Shown piece by piece: positions 1-23,840 of a stretch of 64,000 bases of DNA (its first letter is position 1; every line of letters begins with the position of its first letter). A program made the translations under genes and the position numbers. The notes below the pieces were generated by a model that saw only the letters and a program-made list of their open reading frames with translations, was not told where the DNA came from and ran no database searches. Source of the stretch: Macrostomum lignano (lineage: Eukaryota); the NCBI GenBank assembly GCA_002269645.1, contig NIVC01003054.1, positions 58,561 through 122,560 of the forward strand. Reading direction: 5' to 3'.

Positions 1-66
1 ATTCATGGGCTAGAACTAATGATATTATGTATAGAGTTAACTAATTGCTCGTGAAATCATTATTTT

Positions 67-1040
67 GGGATCATTGCAGATTGATGGGGATCATGGCAGA
101 TTGATGGGGATCATGGCAGACTGATGGGGATCATGGCAGACTGATGGGGATCATGGCGGACTGATGGGGATTATGGTAGACTGATGGGGATCATGGCGGA
201 CTGATGGGGATCATGGTAGACTGATGGGGATCATGGCAGACTGATGGGGATCATGGCAGACTGATGGGGATCATGGCAGACTGATGGGGATCATGGCGGA
301 CTGATGGGGATCATGGTAGACTGATGGGGATCATGGCAGACTGATGGGGATCATGGCGGACTGATGGGGATCATGGTAGACTGATGGGGATCATGGCAGA
401 CTGATGGGGATCATGGCAGACTGATGGGGATCATGGCGGACTGATGGGGATCATGGTAGACTGATGGGGATCATGGCAGACTGATAGGGATCATGGCAGA
501 CTGATGGGGATCATGGCAGACTGATGGGGATCATGGCGGACTGATGGGGATCATGGTAGACTGATGGGGATCATGGCAGACTGATGGGGATCATGGCAGA
601 CTGATGGGGATCATGGCGGACTGATGGGGATCATGGCAGACTGATGGGGATCATGGCAGACTGATGGGGATCATGGCAGACTGATGGGGATCATGGCAGA
701 CTGATGGGGATCATGGCGGACTGATGGGGATCATGGCAGACTGATGGGGATCATGGCAGACTGATGGGGATCATGGCGGACTGATGGGGATCATGGTAGA
801 CTGATGGGGATCATGGCGGACTGATGGGGATCATGGCAGACTGATGGGGATCATGGCAGACTGATGGGGATCATGGCAGACTGATGGGGATCATGGCGGA
901 CTGATGGGGATCATGGCAGACTGATGGGGATCATGGCAGACTGATGGGGATCATGGCGGACTGATGGGGATCATGGCAGACTGATGGGGATCATGGCAGA
1001 CTGATGGGGATCATGTCAGACTGATGGGGATCATGGCAGA
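67..1040. repeat. 20-bp minisatellite (GACTGATGGGGATCATGGCA)n
   Basis: Seen directly; about 48 near-identical units. Confidence 0.95.
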
Positions 1041-2831
1041 CTTATAACCAACTGAAGCACGAACTGAATATTCCCGCACGCGCCCGATCCTTTCCCAGGC
1101 CCGTCCCTCCGCCGCAGGCAGCGGTCGCAGGCGGCGGTGATCTTCGTTGGTGACGCGTCACCGCCAGCCAAGGAGCTGCTTGACGAAGTCTAGATGAGTC
1201 ATCGCTGACGTCATCAGTCTATATTGGGTTTTGACATGTGTAAAACTAATTAATAAACATGTTCAACTGGGTCTCCGGTGGTGATGTGTATTAGTAATAC
1301 TATTATCATTATTATAATTTAATACAGTGTATTAATTAATTAGAACTATCGATGAATCTCTGAATAAAACACTGCAAATGTCTTGGAATCTCTAAGCTTT
1401 ACTATTATTTATTTTTATTATTTTTGTTTGTTTCAATTCAATATGCCTGTCACAATTTGTTCAGTAATATTCTGTAACTCATGCAAGCATATATTGATAC
1501 TGTTTAATTCTTACAGGTATATACGGATTACTGTAAGAACTCATTCATATTCGGGTGTCTTTCTGTTTAGCGTTATTCGGCTATTAATATTACTATTGTC
1601 AATATTAGCAGTAGTAAATAATAATTAACAATTCTACTGTTCAATGCAACACATTTCGTGATCTGTGGGCTTAAGTTCTATATTTAAATGCAATTTTTTG
1701 TGCAAACTCACTTTTAATGCTTAAAATAAATGTTCTGTGCAATTTAATTGATGCTGCAGTTAGGGGTCACAGCTTATTTTTTTACTCAGTTCGTCTTCAT
1801 TTTAAACTCCGATTTTCACATTTTTCAAGGTTGAAATTATTTTTAAACAGCATCTTACAGCAGTGAAGTAAAAATAACTTGTGGTATCTTTGGTACTTTT
1901 TCAGAAATTATCTTAGAAATTGGCTTAAGGTATTTCTCAGAAATAGTCTTCGGGTGTTTCTTAAAAATTATTTCTGTTTCTTACAAATTATTTTTAATTG
2001 TTTCTTAGAAAATTTTTTGGGTGTTTCAGATTGATGAGAAAATTAAAGTGCTGAAAAAATTTATGCTTGAATAAACGTATCAGCAGAAATTGGAGTTTAA
2101 TTTAACAGGGCTTCTGTCTTGTGCACTGCGCTAATGAATATGACTGCGCTATATGTAAGTTTTTTTGTTGAAATATTTCCGGCTTTTAAAAAGTTAAGTA
2201 TTATTGTTATTGCTATGATAAGCTGTATTTGTGTTGCCTGGCTGTCTGACTCTACAGCTGACAACATTTATCTTATTGTGAGCCCCCCTTTGTTTGTTTC
2301 TTTGTTTGTTACACCCAAGATAAACAGCTTTTTGAGCACATTTTTGAAACAATCTTCTTTAAACTAAATTTCTTTCGAAATCAACACTTTATATTCCCGT
2401 AACGTGTGTGCTTTTGCCACCCGCTCTTTAATGTTTCATTATTTGTTTGTCGTTTGTTACGTTTAAATCGTAATTTTTGTTGTTTTTTAGCCCGTAAAAT
2501 GTTTGCGCTCAAAGTGTTTTCTTTTCAATTGCTTTGTTATTTCTACAAGTCCGCATGCCCACCCCGCACCGAAATTCTTTATGAAAAACTTTATTAGACA
2601 GTTTGCCCTGTAGCTACACAATTTAGATTGCAAAATATTAAATATTGGTGTTGAACAATCCTTATCTAATAATAAAACAGCCGGGAATGAGCTTAGCTAG
2701 TGCTTAAGTCGCGAAACTCGATTTAAAAGCTCAAAAAAATTCTACACGCAATTGCACGTGTTTTTACTTTTCTATTGGTTAACGCATTGAGCCAATTTTC
2801 TTGACTGCCTTTTTCTGGTGAAGTAAACCGT

Positions 2832-3390
2832 GTCCCTCACCACCCCTCACTGCCTGCCCGACTCCACCCCTCACTCCCTGCCCCTCACCACCCCTCACTG
2901 CCTGCCCGACTCCACCCCTCACTCCCTGCCCCTCACCACCCCTCACTGCCTGCCCGACCCCACCCCTCACTCGCTGCCCCTCACCACCCCTCACTGCCTG
3001 CCCGACCCCACCCCTCACTCCCTGCCCCTCACCACCCCTCACTCCCTGTCCCTCACCACCCCTCACTCCCTGTCCCTCACCACCCCTCACTCCCTGTCCC
3101 TCACCACCCCTCACTCCCTGCCCCTCACCACCCCTCACCACCCCTCGCTCCCTGCCCCTCACCACCCCTTACCACCCCTCACCACCCCTCACTCCCTGCC
3201 CCTCACCAACCCTCGCTCCCTGCCCTTCCCCACCCCACCCCACTCCCTGCCCCTCACTACCCCTCACTCCCTGTCCCTCCCCACTCCTCACTCTCTGCCC
3301 TTCACCACCCCTCACTCCCTGCCCTTCCCCACCCCACCCCCACTCCCTGCCCCTCACCACCCCTCACTCCCTGTCCCTCCCCACTCCTCT
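2832..3390. repeat. ~24-bp C-rich minisatellite (CCTCACCACCCCTCACTCCCTGYC)n
   Basis: Seen directly; explains ORFs 2779-3513. Confidence 0.9.
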
Positions 3391-3869
3391 CATCCCTCGT
3401 TTTCCTTTCAGTCGAAAATTGAAAATGAATGTCACATCGAACTCGAAAGGTCGCTGATCCAGTTCAGCACTCAAAGAAAACTATGCGGCAAAAGGCTTGA
3501 ACAGAGGGCATAATATGGTTACTGTTCTATAGTTACATCAAATTTCTGTTCTGGTTGTCATTTTTCCGCGCAGAATAAACTAGAACCTCAGCATGCCCAT
3601 GACTCTGAGAAAAAAAAACTGTTTCCGGACTAAATGATCATATGAGCGTAATATTCAAGTCTGTTGTCAGAGTGTATTTGTGCAAATATTTATAGCAGAA
3701 CTCTGTAAGCTAAGTACACAGGGAAATTCCAATGCAGCTGTGTGAAAGCTCGCATTTCCTATTAGCATACTAAACTGGTCACTGTTCGCCCTCAAAGTGC
3801 TTTCTGTCATGTTTACTGCAGGGGAACTGTGCTGCTTTTTATAGAATTTGTCAGCATCTGGAGCTCTGT

Positions 3870-4530
3870 AGAGATTAGAGACATTGGGAGACCAGAGTGA
3901 GATGAGAGAGATTAGAGACATCGGGAGATCAGAGTGAGAGGAGAGAGATTAGAGTCAGGGATATCAGAATAAGATGAGAGAGATTAGAGACATTGGGAGA
4001 CCAGAGTGAGAGGAGAGAGATTAGAGACATCGGGAGATCAGAGTGAGAGGAGAGAGATTAGAGACAGGGATATCAGAGTGAGAGGAGAGGGATTAGAGGC
4101 AGGGAGATCAGAGTGAGAGGAGAGAGATTAGAGGCAGGGAGACCAGAGTGAGGGGGAGTTTAGAGACATTGGGAGATCACAGTGAGAGGAGTGAGATTAG
4201 AGACATTGGGAGATCAGAGTGAGAGGAGTGAGATTAGAGACATTGGGAGATCAGAGTGAGGGGGGAGATTAGAGACATTGGGAGATCAGAGTGAGGGGGG
4301 AGATTAGAGACATTGGGAGATCACAGTGAAAGGAGTGAGATTAGAGACATTGGGAGATCAGAGTGAGAGGAGTGAGATTAGAGACATTGGGAGATCAGAG
4401 TGAGGGGGGAGATTAGAGACATTGGGAGATCAGAGTGAGGGGGGAGATTAGAGACATTGGGAGATCACAGTGAAAGGAGTGAGATTAGAGACATTGGGAG
4501 ATCAGAGTGAGGGGGGAGATTAGAGAGACA
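3870..4530. repeat. 35-37-bp minisatellite (AGACATTGGGAGATCAGAGTGAGAGGAGTGAGATTAG)n
   Basis: Seen directly. Confidence 0.9.
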
Positions 4531-4984
4531 TCAGCGCACATGTAGTCGACTATTCGTCTCATAAAGACGTTCATTTTCTATAAATGAGTAACTGTGGTTA
4601 CTCAGGCGTTAATTTGCCTGCCATTGCGTGCAGAACTCAAAGCCCCCAGCATTTCTTTAGAATCAGCAAGCCATACTCAAAGCGCAGGCAAAATAGAAGG
4701 AAAAGATAATGGGCGTCGTGACAGAACAAAGTTTTCATTGCCTTTGCTTCTGCTGTTGCCGGCCCTCAGCAACTATCTGTGAGCCGCGGAGAGTGCAGCA
4801 GCATGCAGTGCTCTGCTGCTGCCTTTCACTCCGCAGAGTTGAGTAGAATCAGTTTTTTGCATGGCATTATCTGAGAATCAGCTACACGCAAAGCCACACC
4901 TCTGTTGTTGCCGGATCTGATAAAGTACTTTGCTGCAAGGGAGTGGGCCAGGTTGGAGAGTGGGAAAAGAGAGGGCCGGGGACA

Positions 4985-5930
4985 GAGAGAGGAGATAAGA
5001 GAGGCAGATATGAGAGGAAGAAAAGAGAGTAGATAAGATAGGGAGATAAGAGAGGGAGATATGAGAGAGGGAGATAACAGAGGGAGATATGAGAGAGTTA
5101 GATATGAGAGAGGGAGATATGAGACAGCGCAGATGTGAGAGAGGGAGATGTGAGAGAGGGAGATAGCAGAGAGTGCAGATATGAGAGAGGGAGATAACAG
5201 AGGGAGATATGAGAGAGTTAGATATGAGAGAGGGAGATATGAGAAAGCGCAGATATGAGAGAGGGAGATGTGAGAGAGGGAGATAGGAGAGAGTGCAGAT
5301 ATGAGAGAGGGAGATAACAGAGGGAGATATGAGAGAGTGAGATAACAGAGGGAGATAACAGAGGGAGATATGAGAGAGTTAGATATGAGAGAGGGAGATA
5401 TGAGAAAGTGCAGATATGAGAGAGGGAGATATGAGAGAGGGAGATAGGAGAGAGTGCAGATATGAGAGAGGGAGATAACAGAGGGAGCTATGAGAGAGTT
5501 AGATATGAGAGAGGGAGATATGAGAAAGTGCAGATATGAGAGAGGGAGATATGAGAAAGTGCAGATATGAGAGAGGGAGATATGAGAGAGGGAGATATGA
5601 GAAAGTGCAGATATGAGAGAGTTAGATATGAGAGAGGGAGATATAAGAAGTGCAGATATGAGAGAGGGAGATATGAGAGAGGGAGATATGAGAGAGGGAG
5701 ATATGAGAAAGTGCAGATATGAGAGAGTTAGATATGAGAGAGGGAGATATGAGAAAGTGCAGATATGAGAGTTAGATATGAGAGAGGGAGATATGAGAAA
5801 GTGCAGATATGAGAGAGTTAGATATGAGAGAGGGAGATATGAGAAAGTGCAGATATGAGAGAGGGAGATGTGAGAGAGGGAGATAGGAGAGAGTGCAGAT
5901 ATGAGAGAGGGAGATAACAGAGGGAGATAC
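4985..5930. repeat. Purine-rich ~15-bp minisatellite (GAGATATGAGAGAGG-type) with higher-order variants
   Basis: Seen directly. Confidence 0.9.
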
Positions 5931-6597
5931 TCGTTATATGAGAGTTTGGATCAAGATAAGATACCAGGTAAGTGATAAGAGACCGTGACTAGTCTTAATT
6001 GCTCAAGGTCACTTGAAGCGATTTTCTCAAGTTCACCCCTCCCTCACCCTAAAGCAGTGCAGCACCCAGCATCAATTTGCAGTGTGTGGCAAAGCAAAAC
6101 TACGCAAAAAGGAGATTTGACCTGACCCTATGCAGTTCATTGAGAGTCAGTTTGCTTGTACCAAATTTCTATTTAAATTTTCATTAAATGCCAAGTCAAT
6201 TATGCCATGCGTGGGAACTCGAAGGCCTGTTGTCAACAGAATATTAAAGTGTTTCTCAATCTGAGTACACCATTCTTGTTATTGTGTGAAGGTCTGAGAG
6301 CACTGAGTTAAACAATCAGTAAGGCTTACGATAAAGCATTTCCGCTCCTACTTCATCTCCCTTTTGTGCTTGAGTTTCGTCTAGCCTAAAATAGTTTAGT
6401 CTAGTCTAAAATAGTTTTTAGAATTTAATTTTGCTAAAATCGATCGCATACCTAGATAGATGGATACCGACAGACCATTTTTAGTATATGGATGCGCATA
6501 ATGCACTACTCACATAGAAGCATGGTGGGACTATTAACAAGCTTAAAGTAAAAATCTAATTACTTCAAAGGCACTGTAGTGTACCCCATAGCAACCC

Positions 6598-6785
6598 TTG
6601 TGTGTCCTTCCATCACCCGTGTGTGTCCTTCCAGCACCCTGTGTGTCCTTCCAGCACCCTGTGTGTCCTTCCAGCACCCTGTGTGTCCTTCCAGCACCCC
6701 ATGTGTCCTTCCAGCACCCGTGTGTCCTTCCAGCACCCGTGTGTGTCCTTCCAGCACCCGTGTGTCTTTATAACACACTGTGTGT
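6598..6785. repeat. 20-bp minisatellite (GTGTGTCCTTCCAGCACCCT)n
   Basis: Seen directly. Confidence 0.9.
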
Positions 6786-7256
6786 CCTCCAAACTTCCTT
6801 AATGACCAGAAGTGACACATACACGCACACTTGAAAGCATAAAACGCATACGGTAGCAACTAAGAGACCCTTCAACACAATTTGAATCCAAAGCGAGGAT
6901 GCCAGAAAGCCAATCCCCAACTGGCGCTGCTTTCTCCCAAGTCTGCTTTCGCTGTTTATCCTCCTGACCCGTGTGAAGCAGCCACGCGCTCAGCATTGAA
7001 ATTTTAAATTTGCATTCGGGAAGGGCGCCCGGAAACAGTCGGATCGGCTTCAAATCTTGAAAATCTTGTTGCCAACCAAGGATCGACGCCTGGAGGACAT
7101 TTCGATCCCTCTGGGAAGGCACATGGCGCCGAAGGTCTGAAAACCGGATCGGATTTCGGTAAGCCGAACTGCTTTGTGATGCGCAAACTGCAGGCTCCGC
7201 TGCATCGCTTTATTGGCTCAGAAATCATGCTGATAAGTGACTCGGAATTGCTGTAC

Positions 7257-7584
<328 letters not shown>

Positions 7585-8279
7585 TCCGAGAGTGTCTTCT
7601 TCAGTCCGTGCCCTCCACCCGCAGCACGTGAACCGCAGCTGTGTCAGCATGAAGCCAGCATTGTCATAAATTTTTAATGCATCTCTGGATGACCAAGAAC
7701 CGAAAAATTCAATAGAGTAAAAATTAGCCAGAGAGGAGAAAGCCAGGTGTTGAACACTCGCTCGAACCCACAGCCCCGCCTTAACTGTCTCTTTATAAAA
7801 TCAAAAAACCTTGTCAGGCCGCCGCTCGCCACTGTCCTCTCCTATCCACTTTCGGCATATTTTCACAAGATCTCTAACCGAGACCCTCTCTGTCTTCTCT
7901 CCTCTATTATTCACCCTCGCCCTGACTACATGCTAGTTAAGACGCCCAAGTATTGATTGACAAATTTTGGCGCAAAAAATGACATCTGCTCGTTCCGGAC
8001 TGAGGGTGGAAGACCAGGAAAGAAGAAAAACGCAAGAGAAAAGCAAAAAAAAACTGAACTCCGCGCAGCCAACGAGTAACTCGATAGGCGCTCGGCTGGC
8101 TTCCTTGGCCAGCTCTGGCCCATATTTATTTCTGCGAGTGTCGTTCTGTTCTCACTTGGGAACAGGCTGCTGCAAAACTGACATTAGCTGGATTTAATTG
8201 GCTGATTTATACGGAAAAAAATCGAGCAGACAAACCGATTCGGACACAGACGCGGACTGTAGATAGAGAACAGGATACA

Positions 8280-8955
8280 TACTCAGACAAACCCGATACG
8301 GACTCGGACAAACCGGTTACAGACTCGGACAAGCCGGACACAGTCTCGGACAAGCCGGACACAGACTCGGACAAGCCGGACACAGACTTGGACAAGCCGG
8401 ACACAGAATCGGACAAGCCGGACACAGACTCGGACAAGCCGGACACAGAATCGGACAAGCCGGACACAGACTCAGACAAGCCGGACACAGACTCAGACAA
8501 GCCGGACACAGACTCGGACAAGCCGGACACAGAATCGGACAAGCCGGACACAGACTCAGACAGGCCGGACACAGACTCCGACAAGCCGAACACGGACTCG
8601 GACAAGCTGGACACAGACTCGGACAAACCAGACAGTCTCGGAAAGACTTACACAGACTCGGACAACTCAGACAAAGACTCGGACAAACCAGACAGTCTCG
8701 GAAAGACTTACACAGACTCGGACAACTCAGACAAAGACTCGGACAAGCCCGAACGCAGGCTCGGGAAAACCGGACACAGACTCGGACAAGCCGGACACAG
8801 ACTCGGACAAGCCGGAAACGGACTCGGACAAGCCGGACACAGACTCGGACAAGCCAGACACAGTCTCGGACAAACCAGACAGTCTCGGAAAGACTTATAC
8901 AAACTCGGACAACTCGGACACAGACTCGGACAAGCTGCATTCAGACTCGGACAGT
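8280..8955. repeat. 21-bp minisatellite (GACAAGCCGGACACAGACTCG)n directly upstream of the receptor ATG
   Basis: Seen directly. Confidence 0.9.
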
Positions 8956-8961
8956 CCAGCC

Positions 8962-18658
<9,697 letters not shown>

Positions 18659-18678
<20 letters not shown>

Positions 18679-18870
18679 TTTGGGTTCAATGCCGCTGCTG
18701 GAGGAATCATCTGCTTGGCTGCGGATAGGGCTGCACGATAGCATTGCGTGATTGGGGTTCAATGCCGCTGCTGGAGGAATCATCTGATTGGCTGCGGATA
18801 CGAGCTAGGGCTGCACGATAGCATTGCGTGATTTGGGTTCAATGCCACTGCTGGAGGAATCTGATTGGCT
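18659..18870 (+). repeat. ~75-80-bp unit triplicated across the receptor stop codon
   Basis: Seen: CTGCACGATAGCATTGCGTGATTxGGGTTCAATGCCxCTGCTGGAGGAATC occurs three times. Confidence 0.85.
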
Positions 18871-19437
18871 GCCTTCATGATTTGGTGTTAGTCTATAATG
18901 CGTATTTGTCTCTGTCGTAAACAATGCTATTGGGATTGTCCCCATAAAGTTTTAAAAAACATTTGCAACTAATCAATTTCCCTGTCATTAGCTGCTACTT
19001 CTTTAATTCTGTTTAACCAGTTACATGTAACTATGCCTTCGATTTCTCTGCCGCAAACTTAGTGCTGAAATAAACAACAGAAATTTAAAAGCCATTTAGC
19101 GATAAACAAACGGAGAGAACCGAAAAACGGTAAAAAATTGCTAAATGCACTCAAAATTTTCGTTGCTTTATTTAAAGCATTTTTATTACCACCTTAACAA
19201 AAAGAAATAGCAAACTAAAATGCTGAAAAATATTGATGTAGATCAGTAACGACTATTTTTAAAACTAAAAATGATTTCATACTACTGACTCTGACAATGC
19301 GAAAAGCTGCACAATACAAAGAGATGGACAGAAATAGACGGACAGGTGGACAAAACAGAAAACCAACGAAAAAGAAAACACAGAAACAATATTGCTAATA
19401 TAATTGAAGCTAAATTGTTTTACGCTTTATTCCCGAC

Positions 19438-19747
19438 CATGCAGGGGCGTCATGCCATGGATTTTATGGTGGGGGGACAAAGCCAAGAATTCTACATGTA
19501 CATGTACATTTTTATTTTCAGAGAAATCGGTGTTGTCAGCGCTCATTTGGCGCTGCAGACACTCAGCTCATGCATTTTAGTGCCACAGGCACTATATTTT
19601 GTCACCCTGAAGCAAAATTATTGATTTTCATAACGGGTCATGAGGTTGGTGGGGGGACAAAACATATTGATATGTCCCCCCACAACTTTTATCTGGGGGG
19701 GGGGCATGTCGTCCCCCCTGCCCCCCCCCCCGGTGGCGACGCCCCTG
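19438..19747. mobile_element. Non-autonomous DNA transposon (MITE, hAT-like ends)
   Basis: Seen: inverted termini CAGGGGCGTC (19442-19451) and GACGCCCCTG (19738-19747), and an 8-bp direct repeat TTCCCGAC at 19430-19437 and 19748-19755, with 4 extra nt (CATG) on the left. The superfamily is inferred from the CAG ends and 8-bp TSD. Confidence 0.55.
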
Positions 19748-20929
19748 TTCCCGACTGTTGCAAAATATTGGCAAAAAACTACAAAAACAATGGATACACC
19801 ACAGATACTAGAAGATATTAGAATAATTCGTGCCAGGTCCACGCTAGGTCATCTGAAATCGAGAAAGTGGATCTGATTAGCAAGTGGTAGAAAAGAGTTG
19901 GATAAACGGAAATCCAACTTGAAATCAATTTCGAGTACTGCATGTGCCGCTTTCGTGCCATTGCCAACTGACTATAGCTACGAGATACGAGTATACATCC
20001 ATATACTCGTATAAGCCTAGAGAGGGCATAATTATTTAACCAAGCTGCCTGCAAATGTCCGGCTGGCAAACGTCGGCTGGCAAACGTCGGCTGGCAAACC
20101 GTCCAAACGTCGCAATTCCGTAATTTTCTTAGTCAGGGAGGGAGAGGGGCTTTTAAAAATGTGTTACGTGTGTTAACAATAAAATAATAATCAAAACGAC
20201 CTAACGATGATAAAATATAAAAATAGTTGTCCCATATGTACTTAACAATATTATTTTATAACTTTTGAACAATTATTGACATTAATTAGAAGAGCGATAA
20301 AATCACCGGCCTGCTTTTCAAATAAAAAATAAAGAAATCCTATATACTAAAAATGAAATGTGTGTCTCTGTGAGATAGATTTCAGAAAAAACGGCTTAAC
20401 CGATTTTCTTCAAACTTGCACCATTCGATCAGAAATTTTCCTGGGACGGTACATGCATCTTGGCTAAGAAATTGCTCAATTTTAAAGGGATTAAATATTC
20501 GAAAAACATGCTTTTTTGCAAAGGTCAAGCAGCTCTTTCGACCTGAAATGCATTGTAAGAATGCTAGAGAAAAAACTGACTGACTGAATTCTGATTCTGA
20601 CAAAGATTGCATCACAACAAGTTGAAAACAGTGCCGAAGAAATGCACACACGACTTGAATGAAATTGCGTAACCATATTGGCAACTTAAATTGAGACTGA
20701 TTCTGGCTGACTGAGAAATTGATTATGTCATAACTTTTTACTCCAATTGACTTGCTGTAAGAATTGAATTATAAGGGCCACAATTTATGTTCTCCAATTG
20801 AAAAAGATAGCCCAGATGCGAACAGACTGGAATGCTAATGTAGCGACTTGGGTTCGAATCTTAGTAGGGCAAAAAAGATTTTTTTTATTAAAACACCTTA
20901 AAAACACAAAACTTCTAAACATAAAAGAA

Positions 20930-23345
20930 GCGCAATGTCAAACATAGAAGAGCCACCATGTCGAACATAAAAGAGCTAACATATCGAATATTAAAGAGCC
21001 ACCATGTCAAACCTAAACGAGCCACCATGTCTAATATTTAAGAGGCACCATATAAAACATATAAGTGACTTTATGTCAAACATAAAAGAGCCACCATTTC
21101 TAACATTAAACAGCCACCATTTCGAACATTAAAGAGCCACCATGTCGAAAATAAAAGAGTCACTATTTCGAACATCAAAGAGCCACTATGTCAAACATTT
21201 AGGAGCCACTTTTTCGAACATTAAAGAGCCACCATGTCAAACATAAAAGAGCCAACATGTCAAACATAAAAGAGCCAACATGTCAAACATAAAGAGCCAC
21301 CATGTCAAACATTTAAGAGCCACCATGTCAAACATATATGTGACTTTGTGTTAAACATTAAAGAGCCACCATTTCGAACATTAAAGAGCCACCATGTCAA
21401 ACATGAAAGAGCTATAACATGAAGAATATTAAAGAGCCACCATGTCGAACATAAAAGAGCTGCCATGTAAAATAACAAAGAGCTACCAAGTTAAACATAA
21501 AAGAGCCACCATGTAAAACATTAAAGAGCCACCATGTGAAACATTAAAGAGCCACATTGTCAAACCTAGAAGAGCCACCATGTCGAACATAACAGAGCTA
21601 CCATGTCAAACATTAAAGAGCCACCATGTCAAACATTCAAAAGTTACATTGTCAAACATTGAAGAGCCACTATGTCAAACATTTAGGAGCCACTTTGTCG
21701 AACATTAAAGAGCCAACATGTCAGACATTAAAAAAGCCACCGTATCAAATAAAAAGAGTTAACATGTAGAACAAAAAAGAGCCACCATTTCGAACATAAA
21801 AGAGCCAACATGTCAAACATAAAGAGCCACCATGTCAAACATTTAAGAGCCACCATGTCAAACATATATGTGACTTTATGTCAAACATTAAAGAGCCACC
21901 ATTTCGGACATAACAGAGCTACCATGTAAAACATTAAAGAGCCACCATGTCAAACATTAAAGAGCCACCATGTCGAACATAAAAGAGCCACCATGTCAAA
22001 CCTAAAAGAGCCACCATGTCGAAAATAAAAGAGCCACTATTTCGAACATTAAAGAGCCACCATTTCGAACATTAAAGAGCCACCATGTCGACCATAAAAG
22101 AGCCACTATTTCGAACATTAAATATCCACCATGTCAAACATAAAAGAGCCAACATGTCAAACATAAAAGAGCCAACATGTCAAACATAAAGAGCCACCAT
22201 GTCGAAAATGAAAGAGCCACTATTTCGAACATTAAAGAGCCACCATTTCGAACATTAAAGAGCCACCATGTCGACCATAAAAGAGCCACCATGTCAAACA
22301 TGAAAGAGCTATAACATGAAGAATATTAAAGAGCCACCATGTCGAACATTAAAGAGCCACCATGTCGAACATTTAAGAGCCACCATGTTAAACCTAAAAG
22401 AGCCACCATGTTAAACCTAAAAGAGCCACCATGTTAAACCTAAAAGAGCCACCATGTTAAACCTAAAAGAGCCACCATGTCAAACCTAAAAGAGCCACCA
22501 TTTCGAACATATAAGTGACTTTATGTCAAACATTAAAGAGCCACCATGTCAAACATTAAAGAGCCACCATGTAAAACAAAAGAGCCACCATTTCGAACAT
22601 TAAAGAGCCACCATGTCAAACATTTAAGAGCCACCATGTTAAACATAAAAGAGCCACTATGTTGAACATTAAACAGCCATCATGTCAAACCTAAAAGATC
22701 CACAATTTCGAACACTTAAGAGCCACAATGTAGAATATTAAAGAGCTACCATGTCAAACATTTAAGAGCCACCATGTCAAACATTTAAGAGCCACCACGT
22801 AAAACATTAAAGAGCCACCATTTGAAACATTAAAGAGTCACCATGTCAAACATTTAAGAGCCACCATGTCAAACATTTAAGAGCCACCATGTCAAACATT
22901 TAAGAGCCACCATGTCAAACCTAAAAGAGCCACCATGTCAAACCTAAAAGAGCCACCATGTCAAACCTAAAAGAGCCACCATGTCGAACATAAAAGAGCT
23001 ATACCATGAAAAACATTAAAGAGCCACTTTCTCGAACATTAAGGAGCCACCATGTCAAACATTTAAAAGCCACCTTGTCAAACATTAAATAGCCACTTTG
23101 TCGAACATTAAAGAGTCACTGTGTCAAACATAAAAGAGCCACTGTTTCAAACATAAAAGAGCCACCAGGTTAAACATTAAAGAGCCACCATGTCAAACAA
23201 TAAAGAGGCACCATGTCAAACATAAAAGAGCCACCATGTCTGACATTAAAAAGCCATCGTTTCAAACATAAAACAGTTGCCATGTAGAACTTAAAACAGC
23301 CACCATGTCAAACATAAAATTTATACAATTTCAAACATAAAAGTA
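20930..23345. repeat. 23-bp minisatellite (AAAGAGCCACCATGTCAAACATT)n inside the Helitron
   Basis: Seen directly; roughly 100 diverged units. Confidence 0.95.
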
Positions 23346-23409
23346 AGCGAATTTTAAAGGAGCCACTATAATGCTAAGGAAATTATCGCACTAGCTACTT
23401 ATTGTCTGG

Positions 23410-23840
23410 TGGATGCTTGCTATTTGGGGATGCTATCTATGTAGGGGATGCTTGCTATCTGGCGGATGCTTGCTATCTGGGGGATGCTTGCTATCTGGGG
23501 GATGCTTGCTATCTGGGGGTTGCTTGTAATCTGGAAGATGCCTGCTATCTGGCGGATGCTTGCTATCTGGGGGATGCTTGCTATCTGGGGGATGCTTGCT
23601 ATCTGGGGGATGCTTGCTATCTGGGGGATGCTTGCTATCTGGGGGTTGCTTGTAATCTGGAAGATGCTTGCTATCTGGCGGATGCTTGCTATCTGGAAGA
23701 TGCTTGCTATCTGGCGGATGCTTGCTATCTGGGGGATGCTTGCTATCTGGGGGATGCTTGCTATCTGGGGGATGCTTGCTATCTGGGGGTTGCTTGTAAT
23801 CTGGAAGATGCTTGCTATCTGGGGGATGCTTGCTGTCTTG
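23410..23840. repeat. 18-bp minisatellite (GATGCTTGCTATCTGGGG)n inside the Helitron
   Basis: Seen directly. Confidence 0.95.

Noticed and set aside
1040-1153. Possible terminal coding exon (TYNQLKHELNIPARARSFPRPVPPPQAAVAGGGDLRW*) of a gene upstream of the window
   Set aside because: GC-rich and followed by AATAAA near 1252, but the acceptor is just the repeat's own CAG and there is no recognisable motif or upstream exon to test the phase.
4786-4834. GCAGCAGC/GCTGCTGC hairpin as a pre-miRNA
   Set aside because: The pairing comes largely from CAG/CTG triplets with a bulged outer stem; it is expected by chance.
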